In this document: one piece after another, positions 35,695 through 48,613 of the stretch
Layout of the letters: each line of letters begins with the position of its first letter
Position numbering within the stretch: position 1 is the stretch's first letter
Made by a program: the position numbers and the translations under genes
NCBI RefSeq assembly: GCF_028641065.1
Contig: NC_073379.1
Coordinates: 57,722,001-57,786,000 of the forward strand
DNA length: 64,000 nt
DNA from: Leucoraja erinacea
Taxonomy: Eukaryota
Direction of reading: 5' to 3'
The notes under the pieces: model-generated
The model's database searches: none
What the model was told of the DNA's origin: nothing
The model's input: the letters and a program-made list of their open reading frames with translations, nothing else

Positions 35695-35772
35695 GGTTGC
35701 CCAACTATGCATCGATTAGCTGCGATAAATGGGCTTGTTGCTTTGGTGGGATCTGAAAGTTCTGTGATACAG
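35695..35772 (+). CDS. FOCAD: FOCAD exon w8 (GCPTMHRLAAINGLVALVGSESSVIQ)
   Basis: AAG-type acceptor ctttaag|; donor CAG|gtaagg; 78 nt; phase 0/0. Confidence 0.92.
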
Positions 35773-36237
35773 GTAAGGTCCATTGTTTGAAATTAATTTA
35801 CTGGTACATTAAAGTGTTTGAAACAAATACATTGGAAGAATAAATAAGGGGAAATTTCATTTGAGTGTCATACATGAGTGGGATAATTTCTCATTTTCTT
35901 AGATCATCCCCTGAGCACAAGTCATTGAATACAGAAAATACTGAGGTGGGCTTGGCAACAATCAAATGTCCTGCTGCTTAGCCCAAGCAATGCTCTCATT
36001 GGGGTTCAACATACATTTCTAGCCCAGTGTGGTTAACATGAAATAATTGTAAAGTTGAAATGGGTTCCCCACAACCCGGTTCCCCTCAACCCCCCCCCCC
36101 CCCCCCCCCCCCCCCCCATGTGGCTGGAGCAAATATTCGGAAGAGCTTGACCTTTGCACCTGGACAGGAAGTTCACCATAGGATTAGAGGACATGAGGGG
36201 GAGAAACTAGCCTAGAAATTATTTCAGTAAACCTGTA

Positions 36238-39027
36238 GCGATCAGTGAAACATGGTTGCAGGAGGGCTGTGATTGGAAACTAAATATTCCAGGATTTAGT
36301 TGCTTCAGGTGTGATAGAATTGGAGGGGCAAGAGGTGGAGGTGTTGCATTGCTTATCAGGGAAGATATTACAGCAGTGCTTTGCCAGGATAGATTAGAGG
36401 GCTCGTCTAGGGAGGCTATTTGGGTGGAACTGAGAAATGGGAATGGGGTAGCAACACTTATAGGGGTGTATTATAGACCGCCAAATGGGGAGCGAGAATT
36501 GGAAGAGCAAATATGTAAGGAGATCGCAGATATTAGTAGTAAGCACAAGGTAGTGATTGTGGGAGATTTCAATTTTCCACACATAGACTGGGAAACACAT
36601 TCTGTAAATGGGCTGGATGGGTTGGAGTTTGTAAAATGTGTGCAGGATAGTTTTTTGCAGCAGTACATAGAAGTACCTACTAGAGAAGGGACCTCCTGTT
36701 AGGAAATGAGATGGGTCAGGTGGCGGAGGTATGCGTTGGGGAACAGTTCGGGACCAGTGATCACAATACCATTAGTTTCAATATAATTATGGAGAGGGTC
36801 AGAACTGGACCTAGGGTTGAGATTTTTGATTGGAGAAAGGTTAACTTTGAGGAGATGCGAAAGGATTTAAAAGGAGTAAATTGGGACAGTTTGTTTTATG
36901 GGAAAGATGTGGAAGAGAAATGGAGTACATTTAAAGGTGAAATTTTAAGAGTACAGAATCTTTATGTCCCTGTTCGGTTGAAAGGAAATAGTAAAAATAG
37001 GAAAGAGCCCTGGTTTTCAAGGGAAATTGGATACTTGGTTAGGAAAAAGAGAGAGATCTACAATAATTATAGGCAGCATGGAGTAAATGAGGTGCCTGAG
37101 AAGTATAAAGAATGTAAAAAGAATCTTAAGAAATAAATTAGAAAAGCTAAAAGAAGATATGAGGTTGCTTTGGCAAGTAAGGTGAAAGTAAATCCAAAGG
37201 GTTTCTACAGCTATATTAATAGCAAAAGGATAACGAGGGATAAAATTGGTCCATTTTAAGAGTCAGAGTGGACAGCTATCTGCAGAGCCAAAAGAGATGG
37301 GGGAGATATTGAACAATTTCTTTTCTTCGGTATTCACCAAGGAGAAGGATATTGAATTATGTGAGGTAAGGGAAACAAGTAGAGTAGTTATGGAACCTAT
37401 GAGATTCAAAGAAGAGGAAGTACTGACACTTTTGAGAAATATAAAAGTGGATAAGTCTGCAGGTCCGGACAGGATATTCCCTAGGACATTGATGGAAGTT
37501 AGTGTAGAAATAGCAGGGGCTATGACAGAAATATTTCAAATGTCATTAGAAATGGGAATGGTGCCGGAGGATTGGCGTACTGCGCATGTTGTTCCATTGT
37601 TTAAAAAGGGGTTTAAGAGTAAACCTAGCAATTATAGACCTGTTAGTTTGACGTCAGTGGTGGGCAAATTAATGGAAAGGATACTTAGAGATAACATATA
37701 TAAGCATCTGGATAAACAGGGTCTGATTAGGAAGAGTCAACATGGATTTGTGCCTGGAAGGTCATGTTTGACTAATCTTCTTGAATTTTTTGAAGAGGTT
37801 ACTCAGGAAATTGATGAGGGTAAAGCAGTGGATGTTGTATATATGGACTTCAGTAAGGCCTTTGACAAGGTTCCTCATGGAAGGTTGGTTAAGAAGGTTC
37901 AATGGTTGGGTATTAATGGTGGAGTAGCAAGATGGATTCAACAGTGGCTGAATGGGAGATGCCAGAGAGTAATGGTGGATGGTTGTTTGTCAGGTTGGAG
38001 GCCAGTGACTAGTGGGGTGCCACAGGGATCTGTGTTGGGTCCACTGTTGTTTGTCATGTACATCAATGATCTGGATGATGGTGTGGTAAATTGGATTAGT
38101 AAGTATGCAGATGATACTAAGATAGGTGGGGTTGTGGATAATGAAGTAGATTTTCAAAGTCTACAGAGAGATTTATGCCAGTTGGAAGAGTGGGCTGAAA
38201 GATGGCAGATGGAGTTTAATGCTGATAAGTGTGAGGTGCTACATCTTGGCAGGACAAATCAAAATAGGACGTACATGGTAAATGGTAGGGAATTGAAGAA
38301 TGCAGGTGAACAGAGGGATCTGGGAATAACTGTGCACAGTTCCCTGAAAGTAGAATCTCATGTAGATAGGGTGGTAAAGAAAGCTTTTGGTGTGCTGGCC
38401 TTTATAAATCAGAGCATTGGGTATAGAAGTTGGGATGTAATGTTAAAATTGTACAAGGCATTGGTGAGGCCAATTCTGGAGTATGGTGTACAATTTTGGT
38501 CGCCTAATTATAGGAAGGATGTCAACAAAATAGAGAGAGTACAGAGGAGATTTACTAGAATGTTGCCTGGGTTTCAGCAACTAAGTTACAGAGAAAGGTT
38601 GAACAAGTTAGGGCTTTATTCTTTGGAGGGCAGAAGGTTAAGGGGGGACTTGATAGAGGTTTTTAAAATGATGAGAGGGATAGACAGAGTTGACGTGGAT
38701 GAGCTTTTCCCACTGAGAGTAGGGAAGATTCAAACAAGGGGACATGACTTGAGAATTAAGGGACTGAAGTTTAGGGGTAACATGAGGGGGAACTTCTTTA
38801 CTCAGAGAGTGGTGGCTGTGTGGAATGAGCTTCCAGTGAAGGTGGTGGAGGCAGGTTCGTTTTTATCATTTAAAAATAAATTGGATAGTTATATGGACGG
38901 GAAAGGAATGGAGTGTTATGGTCTGAGCGCAGGTATATGGGGCTAGGGGAGAATACGTGTTCGGCACGGACTAGAAGGGTTGAGATGGCCTGTTTCCGTG
39001 CTGTAATTGTTATATGATTATATGGTA
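36238..39027 (+). mobile_element. CR1 LINE (subfamily B), almost full ORF2 (APE endonuclease + RT), disrupted
   Basis: Endonuclease motifs ETWL, GVYYRPP, GDFN, SDH; 566-aa RT ORF 37246-38946 with YADD; breaks near 36700 and 37134; TTATATGG tail. Confidence 0.97.
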
Positions 39028-39404
39028 GCACAGGAGGACCTAAGTCCAGTAAGCCATGTACTTTGGCGTTGTAAATCTTGAGTATTCAGCGCTCATGGGA
39101 TGATCTTGGCAAATTAATGATCTCTCTTGCATATGACACTCGCGGACACATAGGCCACAGGCCAGGCAGCGGGGATGTAATCGGTCGCCATGTTTGACTG
39201 ACATTACAGTGGCAATACCCCTGTACTCATAAACGCTCTGCATTTATTGAAGATACCTTGTCCCATTGGCAGCTTCTCTTTGGTCTTAATGGTTTACTCA
39301 GTTTCTTGGATAGCTCCTCGTGAAATTGTATTCAATCAGAACTCCACTTGTTCCGTAACTCACGTTGTCCTGTACACTTCATCTCTGCACTTATTGACCT
39401 TTAA

Positions 39405-39609
39405 TGCCCCTGTCCCACTTAGGAAACCTGAACGGAAACCTCTAGAGACTTTGCGCCCCACCCAAGGTTTCCGTGCGGTTCCCAGAGGTTTTCGTCCGTC
39501 TCTCTACCTGCTTCCTCTACCTGCAACCTCCGGCAACCACCTGCAACCTTGGGTGGGGCGCAAAGTCTCCAGAGGTTTCCGTTCAGATTTCCTAAGTGGG
39601 GCAGGGGCA
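39405..39609. mobile_element. Harbinger-type MITE (205 bp) with about 65-bp TIRs
   Basis: TGCCCCTGTCCCACTTAGGAAACCTGAACGGAAACCTCT.. and its inverse; TAA TSD at 39402-39404 and 39610-39612. Confidence 0.9.
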
Positions 39610-39864
39610 TAAAGGTTCCCAATTAAGCACAAGTTCTCAACTTTGTTTCCACATCTTTCGCTTTCCTTATGCCTCCCAATCTCAGTTTAGTTTCAAATTT
39701 CAATTTTAAATATTGCTCAGTATCTCAAATACAGTTACATTAATTTTTTAAGTTTATGAAAACAAATTTCTAACAAAGGTGTGTTTGAATTTCTCAAGCT
39801 TCTGCATCTGGCAGTTGATCTATTGGATGCTGTTCCATCACCATGTTGGCTCTTTCTTACACAG

Positions 39865-39936
39865 CTGAAATCAGAAACGATCCAGTCGTCCCAGTTTCAA
39901 TCAAAGATGAATGAAGTTATCAGAGCAGTGACACAA
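39865..39936 (+). CDS. FOCAD: FOCAD exon w9 (LKSETIQSSQFQSKMNEVIRAVTQ)
   Basis: Acceptor tacacag|; donor CAA|gtaagg; 72 nt; phase 0/0. Confidence 0.93.
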
Positions 39937-40737
39937 GTAAGGTTTTTGATGTTTACTATAACATGATTTTAATATGTTCATTGAAGTTATCAGCTGCAGT
40001 AGCACAAGGGGAGTAATTGATCACTAAATCAGTTTAACTTCTGATTCCCTTTCCCAACCTCCCCACTGTGCAAAGGTGAACTGCTTGGTTATGACCATGA
40101 GTACCAATAATGCTAAGAAACACAGTTTAAACAAACTCCAGTCAGCTGACAATCTCATGAACGGCAAAAACAGACAGAAAATGCTGGTAAGGCTCGGCAG
40201 ATTGGGTCATATTTTAGGAAGAGAAACAGAGTCAACATTTCAGGTCGGAGACCTCCAGTACCCCATTCAAAACCTTGTTTTCCTTCCCTTTTCTCTCTCT
40301 GTGAGTGGAGGACATTCCAACCCTGACCTCTGCATTTCGCAACTCCTACATTCTTTATTATCTTATGTTCTTGCCCTCTATTTCCATTCACTCATTGACC
40401 TTGTTTATTGATTAGCATGATCATCCTAGTTTTACCCTATCAGAGACATCCCCCTCCCCACTCTCTGTGCCGCTTTACAAGCTGGTTTTATCCCCTTTTC
40501 AGTTCCGATGAGGGGTTTCCAACCGCAAACATTGACTTGGTTTCCCTTCCCACAGACGTGGTCTAACCTTATGATTGTGTCCAACTTTTCCTGTGTTTTT
40601 ACCGGTCATCTGACATTTGGCTCCTTTCTGAGCTGGTAAGGCAAGGAAGTTTAAAAATATTTTAATGTAAAAGCTTTCAGAATGCTCTGAAAACAATTTT
40701 GTGCAGCTTGCTCAGTTGTATGACTTAATATATTGTG

Positions 40738-40965
40738 AAAAGGACACAAAGTGCTGGAGTAACTCAGCCGGTCAGACAGCATCTCTGGAGAGCATGGATG
40801 GTGACGTTTTGGGTCGAGACTCTAGTCATGTCTCCAAAGAACCTGAAGGGTCCCGACCCAATACACCACCAGCCATGTTCTCCAGAGATGCTACCTGACC
40901 TGCTGAGTTACTCCATACATTGTGGCTTTTTTTTGTATATCATCATCTGCAGATCCTCGTTTCTT
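40738..40965. mobile_element. Inverted pair of Penelope pseudo-LTR ends
   Basis: GGAGTAACTCAGC..GCATCTCTGGAG / CTCCAGAGATGC..GCTGAGTTACTCC arms. Confidence 0.75.
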
Positions 40966-41016
40966 GATATATTGTGAGTTGTTTTTATTGACATATTAAC
41001 ATCCGTTTTACCGTAG

Positions 41017-41119
41017 ATTATTAGTTTTTCCGGAGTAATTGGACTGCAATCCCATGCAGCTTATGTTTTAGGACACCTTCATTTGACCAGCATGTCATCC
41101 AGTCAAAGTCGGACATCAG
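41017..41119 (+). CDS. FOCAD: FOCAD exon w10 (IISFSGVIGLQSHAAYVLGHLHLTSMSSSQSRTS)
   Basis: Acceptor accgtag|; donor G|gttggt; 103 nt; phase 0/1. Confidence 0.93.
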
Positions 41120-41596
41120 GTTGGTAATTTTACTGTAATTTGGATAAAGCTGAGAAAGTAGCAGTTACTGGTCAGTTCTGTGGATTATTTTCTTTAAACA
41201 CCACCAGAATAGAAATGTTAGTCATTGACCATGGTAAGAAATATGCTTTAAAAGAGAAGACATATTTTTCATAGAATATTGACTGAAGCTATTTGGCAAA
41301 TTGATTCCATGCTGCCTATTAGAACAGTTCCAACAGTCCTGTTCACCAGTTATTTCCCGATAACCTTTTATTACATCTCCGGTTCTTCAACGCGGTCCAA
41401 CCACCGTTTCCCCGCTTCTACAGAGAATAAGAGCAAAATACAGTAGATAAATAACTTGCCAACATATCTTTGGGACATGGGAATAAACTGGAGCACTCGG
41501 GAAACCCACATGCAGGGTGAATGGACAAATCTTCGCACAGATAACAGCCAAGGTCAGGTTCTAACCCAAGTGTTGTTAGTCTGCCACAGTTACATG

Positions 41597-42495
41597 CGGT
41601 GCCCTCCATAATGTTTGGGACAAAGACCCATCATTGATTTATTTGCTTCTGTACTCCACAATTTGAGATTTGTAATAAAAAAATTCACATGTGATTGAAG
41701 CGCACATTGTCAGTTTTTTAATAAAGGATATTTTTATACATTTTGGTTTCACCATTGAGAAATTATAGCAGTGTTTATACATAGTCCCCCCCCCCCACCA
41801 TTGAGAAATTATAGCAGTGTTTATACATAGTCCCCCCCCCCCCCCCCCCATTTCAGGGCACCATAATGTTTGGACACCTCAATGTCATCTAAATGAAAGT
41901 AGTCATGTTTAGTATTTTGTTGCATATCCTTTGCATGCAATGACTGCTTGAAGTCTGCAATTCATGGACATCACCAGTTGCTGGATGTCCTCTCTGGTGA
42001 TGCTCTGCCTGGCTGGTATTGCAGCCATCTATAGCTTATACTTGTTTTGGGGACTAGTCCCCTTCAGTTTTCTCTTCAGCATATAAAGGGCATGCTCAAT
42101 TGGGTTTAGATCGGATGATTCACTAAGCCACTCAAGAATTGACCATTTTTTAGCTTTGAAAAACTCCTTTGTGGCTTTAGCAGTATGTTTGGAATCATTG
42201 TCTTGCTGTAGAATGAACAGTCGGCCAATGAGTTCTGAGGCATTTGTTTGAATTTGAGCAGATAGGATGTGTCTATACACTTCAGAATTCATTATGCTAC
42301 TATCATCAGCAGTTGTATCATCAATGAAGATAAGTGAGCCAGTACCTTCAGCGGCCATACAAACCAAAATGTATAAAAATGGCCTTTAATAAAATCTGAC
42401 AATGTGATATTTTCTATTACAAATCTTAAATTGTGGAGTACAGATTCAAATACTTAAATGATACCTCTTTGTCCGAAGCATTATGGAGGGCACTG
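41597..42495 (-). mobile_element. Tc1-family (DD34E) transposon, internally deleted
   Basis: TIRs C(A/G)GTGCCCTCCATAATG with long inverted extensions and an inner direct repeat at about 41858; right-hand TA. Transposase C-terminus 42029-42367 reads QQDND..(34 aa)..DLNPIE. Confidence 0.92.
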
Positions 42496-43378
42496 TATGT
42501 ATGTAAGGATGCTTCTACTTTGACAAAAGTTTGCTTAACTTTAAAACAAGAGTATACAACAAAACCACATCCAACATTGGCATTTGGACACCAGACTGAT
42601 TTGGCAGTAGAAATTCTGATTGGAGCCATTTCATTTGGAGCTGATGCTGACCAGTGGCAACAATGATGCCAAAGAACATCATTTTGCTGAAGGTCTGATA
42701 TGGCATTGTTGTGGAGCCAGTTCCAATGACTGTTTCATGGCTAAGCACCTTTTGTTAAAACAAGATTTAACAATTTCTAAAATCTTTTAGAAGTCTGCTT
42801 TTTTTAATTCATTTCAAAGTGAAAATTCCCATATCTTCCCCCGCTCTGCCCCCCACCCTCCCCCCCTCCCACCTCCTACTTAGCCTCTTTTTGACTGTGA
42901 CCTGCAGTACAACTTACGCACTGTGCATCCATAGACGCCACATTTTTCAAATGATTAAGCTACCAGGATGCTGAGACTACTAAACCCGTTGCCAAGCGAT
43001 GGAGTCATACATTCTGCCAGTGTTTGGAAACCAATCTAGCGAAACTGAATATGACAGCAGGGTTTTGCTTGTCAGCTAACATCAACTTTGAGATGTTACC
43101 GATGTATTTTTTAAGCATCTATCTGTCATCTAATGAGCAAACTGGGTTTTTTTTTAAGTCAACCTGTCAGCTCTATGAGAGTGCTGTGTTGTGTCCGGTA
43201 GTTTTGATGTACATCTTAGTCCCTTTATTTGTTTTTAATTGCTTTGTTGTCTGGTTAGCAGGCAATATGGATAATTCACTTAACATGAGTGGTTTTCACA
43301 CTAGTTGAAGCCTGTAAATGACACACTGACGAGTGGGGATTTTGTCTCATTATCTAATGATATCAATTGCTTTTATAG

Positions 43379-43459
43379 TTCCTCCAGATTTTGGGTATTT
43401 GCCAGAAAAGAGTGTTCTCAGATGTGCTGCTGACTATATTATTGAAGCAGGAAAAAAAG
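43379..43459 (+). CDS. FOCAD: FOCAD exon w11 (VPPDFGYLPEKSVLRCAADYIIEAGKK)
   Basis: Acceptor tttatag|; donor G|gtatga; 81 nt; phase 1/1. Confidence 0.93.
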
Positions 43460-46127
43460 GTATGACATGGAAAGTATTTAGTTACATCGACATTGTTTGT
43501 CTTTCATAATAACGTTTGCTCAGTTTTTCCCATGATCGTTTATGGGATGGAATGGAATTGAGTTTTTGATATAAGTTCTATGGCACTCCAAGTAAAGATT
43601 ATTTTATGTTGTAGTGTGAGGTCTTCTTATGTTACAATCATTATTTTGAAAAATAGTGTGTCAAAAGTCTTCAGTCCCTTTTGAACTGGATGTTTTTTTC
43701 CTGGCGGATGCCTTAACGTAGCAGTTGGTTCCACAATATTCCAAATGGCATGGAAGTGTGGAATAAGGTTGGTTGAAACTCGTATTGCTGCACAGCCAAG
43801 GAGCATCATGGACACCTTGCTAAAATATAATTCTGTACGTTGGATAGAGGTCATATTGCTAAAATAAATACTTGTGCTAGTGTAGAATCGAAATATAAAT
43901 GGATCCTCTCCAAATTTCCCAAACAGAAACCCAACACAAACAAATCTAAAATACAAGAGAGAGCCTTAACTTTTTAACACTGGCAAGATTAATTCATTTC
44001 TCTGCATTGGCCGCATTGTAGGACAGGGCTGTTGTACAAGTGTGACGGAAACTTGGTACCCAAGTATGAATTGCAGGATCAAAAGACTGCATTTTCTTTC
44101 ATATTTTCACATAAAGCATGTACAAATGGTACAATCGCTCATTATCATTGTAGCTCTTCATGTTAGCTCTTAAGGCCAGGATGTTGGTAATTCTGGTCAT
44201 TTTAGTCTGAATAAATTATTGGCAATATCAGAAAAAAAACCCATCTGGAAGATGATGAAAATATGAAGCAAATGCAATAGGTGTTGGGTAGAGGTGCTCA
44301 GTATATTGGGCAGCTTCTGCTGAGAGAAGATGAGTCAACCTTTTGGGTCGAGTATCTCATCAGCATTACCATATGGATATACAGAAATCTGTGTAAAATT
44401 CATGAGTATGCAAGAAATTGCCAAATTCTCAGATTGCATTCATGATTTGCTGATTCTAAATCAGTTACACGATTAGTTGTTTTCCATTAATGCATGTATT
44501 CATCAGATTCATTGAATGTGGAAGGTCACCAAAATATGGTACAATAATAGTGGAAATGATGCTAAAGCTAGCCAACACTTTACTTAATGCAGTGGTTATC
44601 AAGATGCAAGGAAAGCATTCAAGTTGTGGCAGTATTTGTGTGAATAACCAAACCCAGCTTTGGGGCAGTGAGCAGTGAGATTAGCTTTTTTTAAAAGAGA
44701 ATTGAGTGTGATTTTTATTAAACGTTCGTACTAAATGATGCAAGGGTGATTACAGATCAACATGTGCAAAAGGCAACATTGGTTCCAAACTGGTACAGCC
44801 TAAATTGAGAACTTGTATCAGAAAATATTTATTCATACAAAGCATTGCCTTGAAGTCAGAATAATGGAGTTTCAAACTCCACTTCCAATGTTGCAGGCGT
44901 CCTCTATTAGTGGAGGTGCTGGATCAAACGTGGCGATTGCCCATCATATAAGTTTCTGCAGAAAGTTGAACAGCTATAAGCTTTTTTTAAGGAAAACTTC
45001 CTCAAATAGACAACTAAAAATGGATTAGTTATAGCCCTCATTATTGTTTTTGGAATATTATTATGTGAACATTTTATTTGCAAGTCAGGTTACCTATTCT
45101 GTGTTTGAGTTACTTTACAATGAATTTAGACATGATGGTGGTGTTGGGCAAGAGCATTCCTATTAACTGAAGTCTGGTGTAACCTTCCAGGAAGAGTAAT
45201 CAGGTCTGAAAACCTGCACTGAAGATGTTATTGGATGCTACAGTAGTTTCTAACTTGGATGAATAATTTAAATGACTTCCCTTATTTTTATTCAATTTGA
45301 TTTTCTAAACCCAACAAACAATTTTGTTAATGTGAATGTCTACAGAGTGAAACCTTACTCTTGCAAATTATCTCTTTAAATAAAAAGGTGTTGTGTTGTC
45401 CCGGGGAGATCGAAAGCCTGGGGAGTACTCTTGGTACAAGAGGCACCAACATCAGGTTCACTAGCGAAATAAAGACACAAATATCTGTAGAATATGTCAG
45501 TTATTGTAACTCATTTCACTCTTATTGCTCACGGCTGTACATCTGATATGGGTTATTGGGCAGCTTGCCGACTTCTCTGAACAGCTCCATTCACTGGCGC
45601 AGCTGGGATGCTGATCTTAAGATGAGAATGTTATGAACAGCTCGTACTGGCTGAGGATATGACAGGACCGAGTGGTAGTTGTCATTAAGAAGCCATTTGA
45701 TTAGTGTCACACATTGATGCTGAGGCTTGGTGCCAACATTCCTGATCCAGAACGACAGATCTGGCCAGCACAAAAAATATGGATTAAAAAGTTGTTTTTG
45801 GAAGCTCCAACTCGGTATTATGAACAACAGTCGGTTTGACAAATCAAAGGTGTTTTTCCAAGACATACATGAAATATATTTTATTGTATTTCTGAGGCGG
45901 CAGTAACATAAATTTATTTGGATTAATTAAATTGTTTCCTGAAGCTTTCCTGAAATGATGCATGAGCACAGTAAATCAGATGTTAGCAACACTCTGATCA
46001 TCATTAACTGGTTATAGACCTATATATAGGTTCCAACGAGAAGCAGTCACTGGCTTCAACCCTCTGATAATATTGTATATCATCTGGGACTAAATGCAAA
46101 TTAATTTCAGACAGTTGCATGAAAAAT

Positions 46128-47358
46128 GTTCCTGATGTTGGGGGAGTCCAGAACCAGGGGTCACAGTTTAAGAATAAGGGATAGGCCATTTAGGACTGAG
46201 TTGAGGAAAAACTTTTTCACCAATCAGTTGTGAATCTGTGGAATTCTCTGCCACAGAAGGCAGTGGAGGCCAATTCATTCGATGTATTCCGGAAGTGGCG
46301 GCGCTGTTGAACGGCTGCGGCTTGTCTGCAGTCCGTCTGTTTTTACTTTTTTGTGTTGTTTTTTTTGTCTTGTTTAGTTAAATTTTTGGTTATTAGGTTG
46401 TGTTATGTGTGTGTGGGGGGGCTGAAACAGGGCTTTCTGTCTCTTCCTTCATGGGAATGCGACTTTTTCTTGTCGTATCCGCCTTCTCTGCTATCGTCTG
46501 CGCTGAGGCCTAATGGCGGAGCTGGCGGCCTTCAACCTGCGACCGACCTCGAGGCTCCGGAGGTAGAGTCGTCCAGGACTCACCAACGCGAGGCTGGCTG
46601 TCTTCGAGCTGTGGTGGCGTTCGTGCAGCGGCACGACTCGGCGCTCCGGTGAGGGCGGCCCGGCGCGGGGCTGGGACGGTGCTGGCTGAGACGCTCCGGT
46701 GGCAGCGGCACGACTCGGCGCTCCGGTGAGGGCGGTCTGGCACGGGGCTGGGACGGTGCTGGCTGAGACGCTCCCGTGAGGGCGGCTCGGCTCGGGCCTG
46801 GGACGGCGCTCCGGTGGCTGAGGCGGCCCGGCGCGGGGCTGAGGCGGTGCTCTGGTGGCTGTGGCGGCCCGGTGCAGGGCTGAGACAGTGCTCCGTTAGC
46901 TGAGGCGGCCCGGCGCGGGGCTCGGTGAGCCGCGGGACTGACTTACCATCGCCCGGTGGGGTATCGCCTCAGCGCAGAGGGAGAAGAGGAGGGAAGAGAC
47001 AGTAACCCTAAGATTTTTGTCTCCTTCACAGTGAGGAGGTGCCTGGTGAATTCACTGTGGCGGATGTTAATTTGTGTTTATTGTGTGTTTTGTTGTTTAT
47101 TATTACCTGTATGGCTGCAGGCAACGACATTTCGTTCAGACCAAAAGGTTTGAATGACAAATAAAGGATCTAAGTCTAAGTCTAAATCTATTCAAGAGAA
47201 GTTAACTATAGCTCTTAGGGCTAACGGAATCAAGGGATATGTGGAAAAAGCAGGAACGGAGTACTGATTTTGGATGATCAGCCATGATCATATTGAATGG
47301 TGGAGCTGGCTCGAAGGCCCAAATGGCCTACTCCTGCACCTATTTTCTATGTTTCTAT
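46128..47358 (+). mobile_element. CR1 3' fragment split by a composite retroposon
   Basis: CR1 sequence at 46128-46289 resumes at 47189-47358 and ends TTTCTATGTTTCTAT. Confidence 0.88.
46290..47188 (+). mobile_element. Non-coding composite retroposon: GC-rich 5' end, VNTR, Rex1-like 3' tail
   Basis: TATTC TSD at 46285-46289 and 47189-47193; GC-rich tandem units at about 46620-46930; ends ATTTCGTT..AATGACAAATAAA..(TCTAAG)n. Confidence 0.8.
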
Positions 47359-47476
47359 TTTGATTTGGATGTTTGGAAATTATTGTTCGGTAGCTAGGCG
47401 GTTGCAGAATACCATTACCGCATAAAATTTAAACTCGGATTCACCCACTGCCTTGAATAAATATATAAAACATTTC

Positions 47477-48613
47477 ATAGAAACATAGAAATTAGGTGCA
47501 GGAGTAGGCCATTCGGCCCTTCGAGCCTGCACCGCCATTCAATATGATCATGGCTGATCATCCAACTCAGTATCCCGTACCTGCCTTCTCTCCATACCCC
47601 CTGATCCCCTTAGCCACAAGGGCCACATCTAACTCCCTCTTAAATATAGCCAATGAACTGGCCTCAACTACCCTCTGTGGCATAGAGAGTTCCAGAGATT
47701 CACCACTCTCTGTGTGAAAAAAATTCTTCTCATCTCGGTTTTAAAGGATTCCCCCCTTATCCTTAAGCTGTGACCCCTTGTCCTGGACTTCTCTAACATC
47801 GGGAACAATCTTCCTGCATCTAGCCTGTCCAACCCCTTAAGAATTTTGTAAGTTTCTATAAGATCCCCTCTCAATCTCCTAAATTCTAGAGAGTATAAAC
47901 CAAGTCTATCCAGTCTTTCTTCATAAGACAGTCCTGACATCCCAGGAATCAGTCTGGTGAACCTTCTCTGCACTCCCTCTATGGCAATAATGTCCTTCCT
48001 CAGATTTGGAGACCAAACCTGTACGCAATACTCCAGGTGTGGTCTCACCAAGACCCTGTACAACTGCAGTAGAACCTCCCTGCTCCTATACTCAAATCCT
48101 TTTGCTATGAAAGCTAACATACCATTCGCTTTCTTCACTGGCTGCTGCACCTGCATGCCTACCTTCAATGACTGGTGTACCATGACACCCAGGTCTCGCT
48201 GCATCTCCCCCTTTCCCAATCGGCCACCATTTAGATAATAGTCTGCTTTCCCGTTTTTGCCACCAAAATGGATAACCTCACATTTATCCACATTATACTG
48301 CATCTGCCAAACATTTGCCCACTCACCCAGCCTATCCAAGTCACCTTGCAGTCTCCTAGCATCCTCCTCACAGCTAACACTGCCCCCCAGCTTAGTGTCA
48401 TCCGCAAACTTGGAGATATTACCTTCAATTCCCTCATCCAGATCATTAATATATATTGTAAATAGCTGGGGTCCCAGCACTGAGCCTTGCGGTACCCCAC
48501 TAGTCACTGCCTGCCATTGTGAAAAGGACCCGTTTACTCGTACTCTTTGCTTCCTGTTTGCCAGCCAGTTCTCTATCCACATCAATACTGAACCCCCAAT
48601 GCCGTGTGCTTTA
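47477..48613 (-). mobile_element. Young CR1 LINE 3' portion
   Basis: ORF 47668-48651 with PQGSVLGP and FADD, open until a frameshift near its end; (AAACATAG)n tail. Confidence 0.95.

Noticed and set aside
36090-36118. Poly-C tract and other G/C runs (29995-30012, 51222-51291) plus purine-rich G4-like tracts (30125-30245, 52560-52750)
   Set aside because: Simple repeats, mostly internal to TEs; homopolymer lengths are unreliable and there is no evidence of function.
37246-38946. 566-aa reverse transcriptase as a novel or domesticated gene, retron or DGR
   Set aside because: Ordinary CR1 ORF2 with a disrupted upstream endonuclease region and a typical CR1 3' tail; no ORF1 or 5' UTR.
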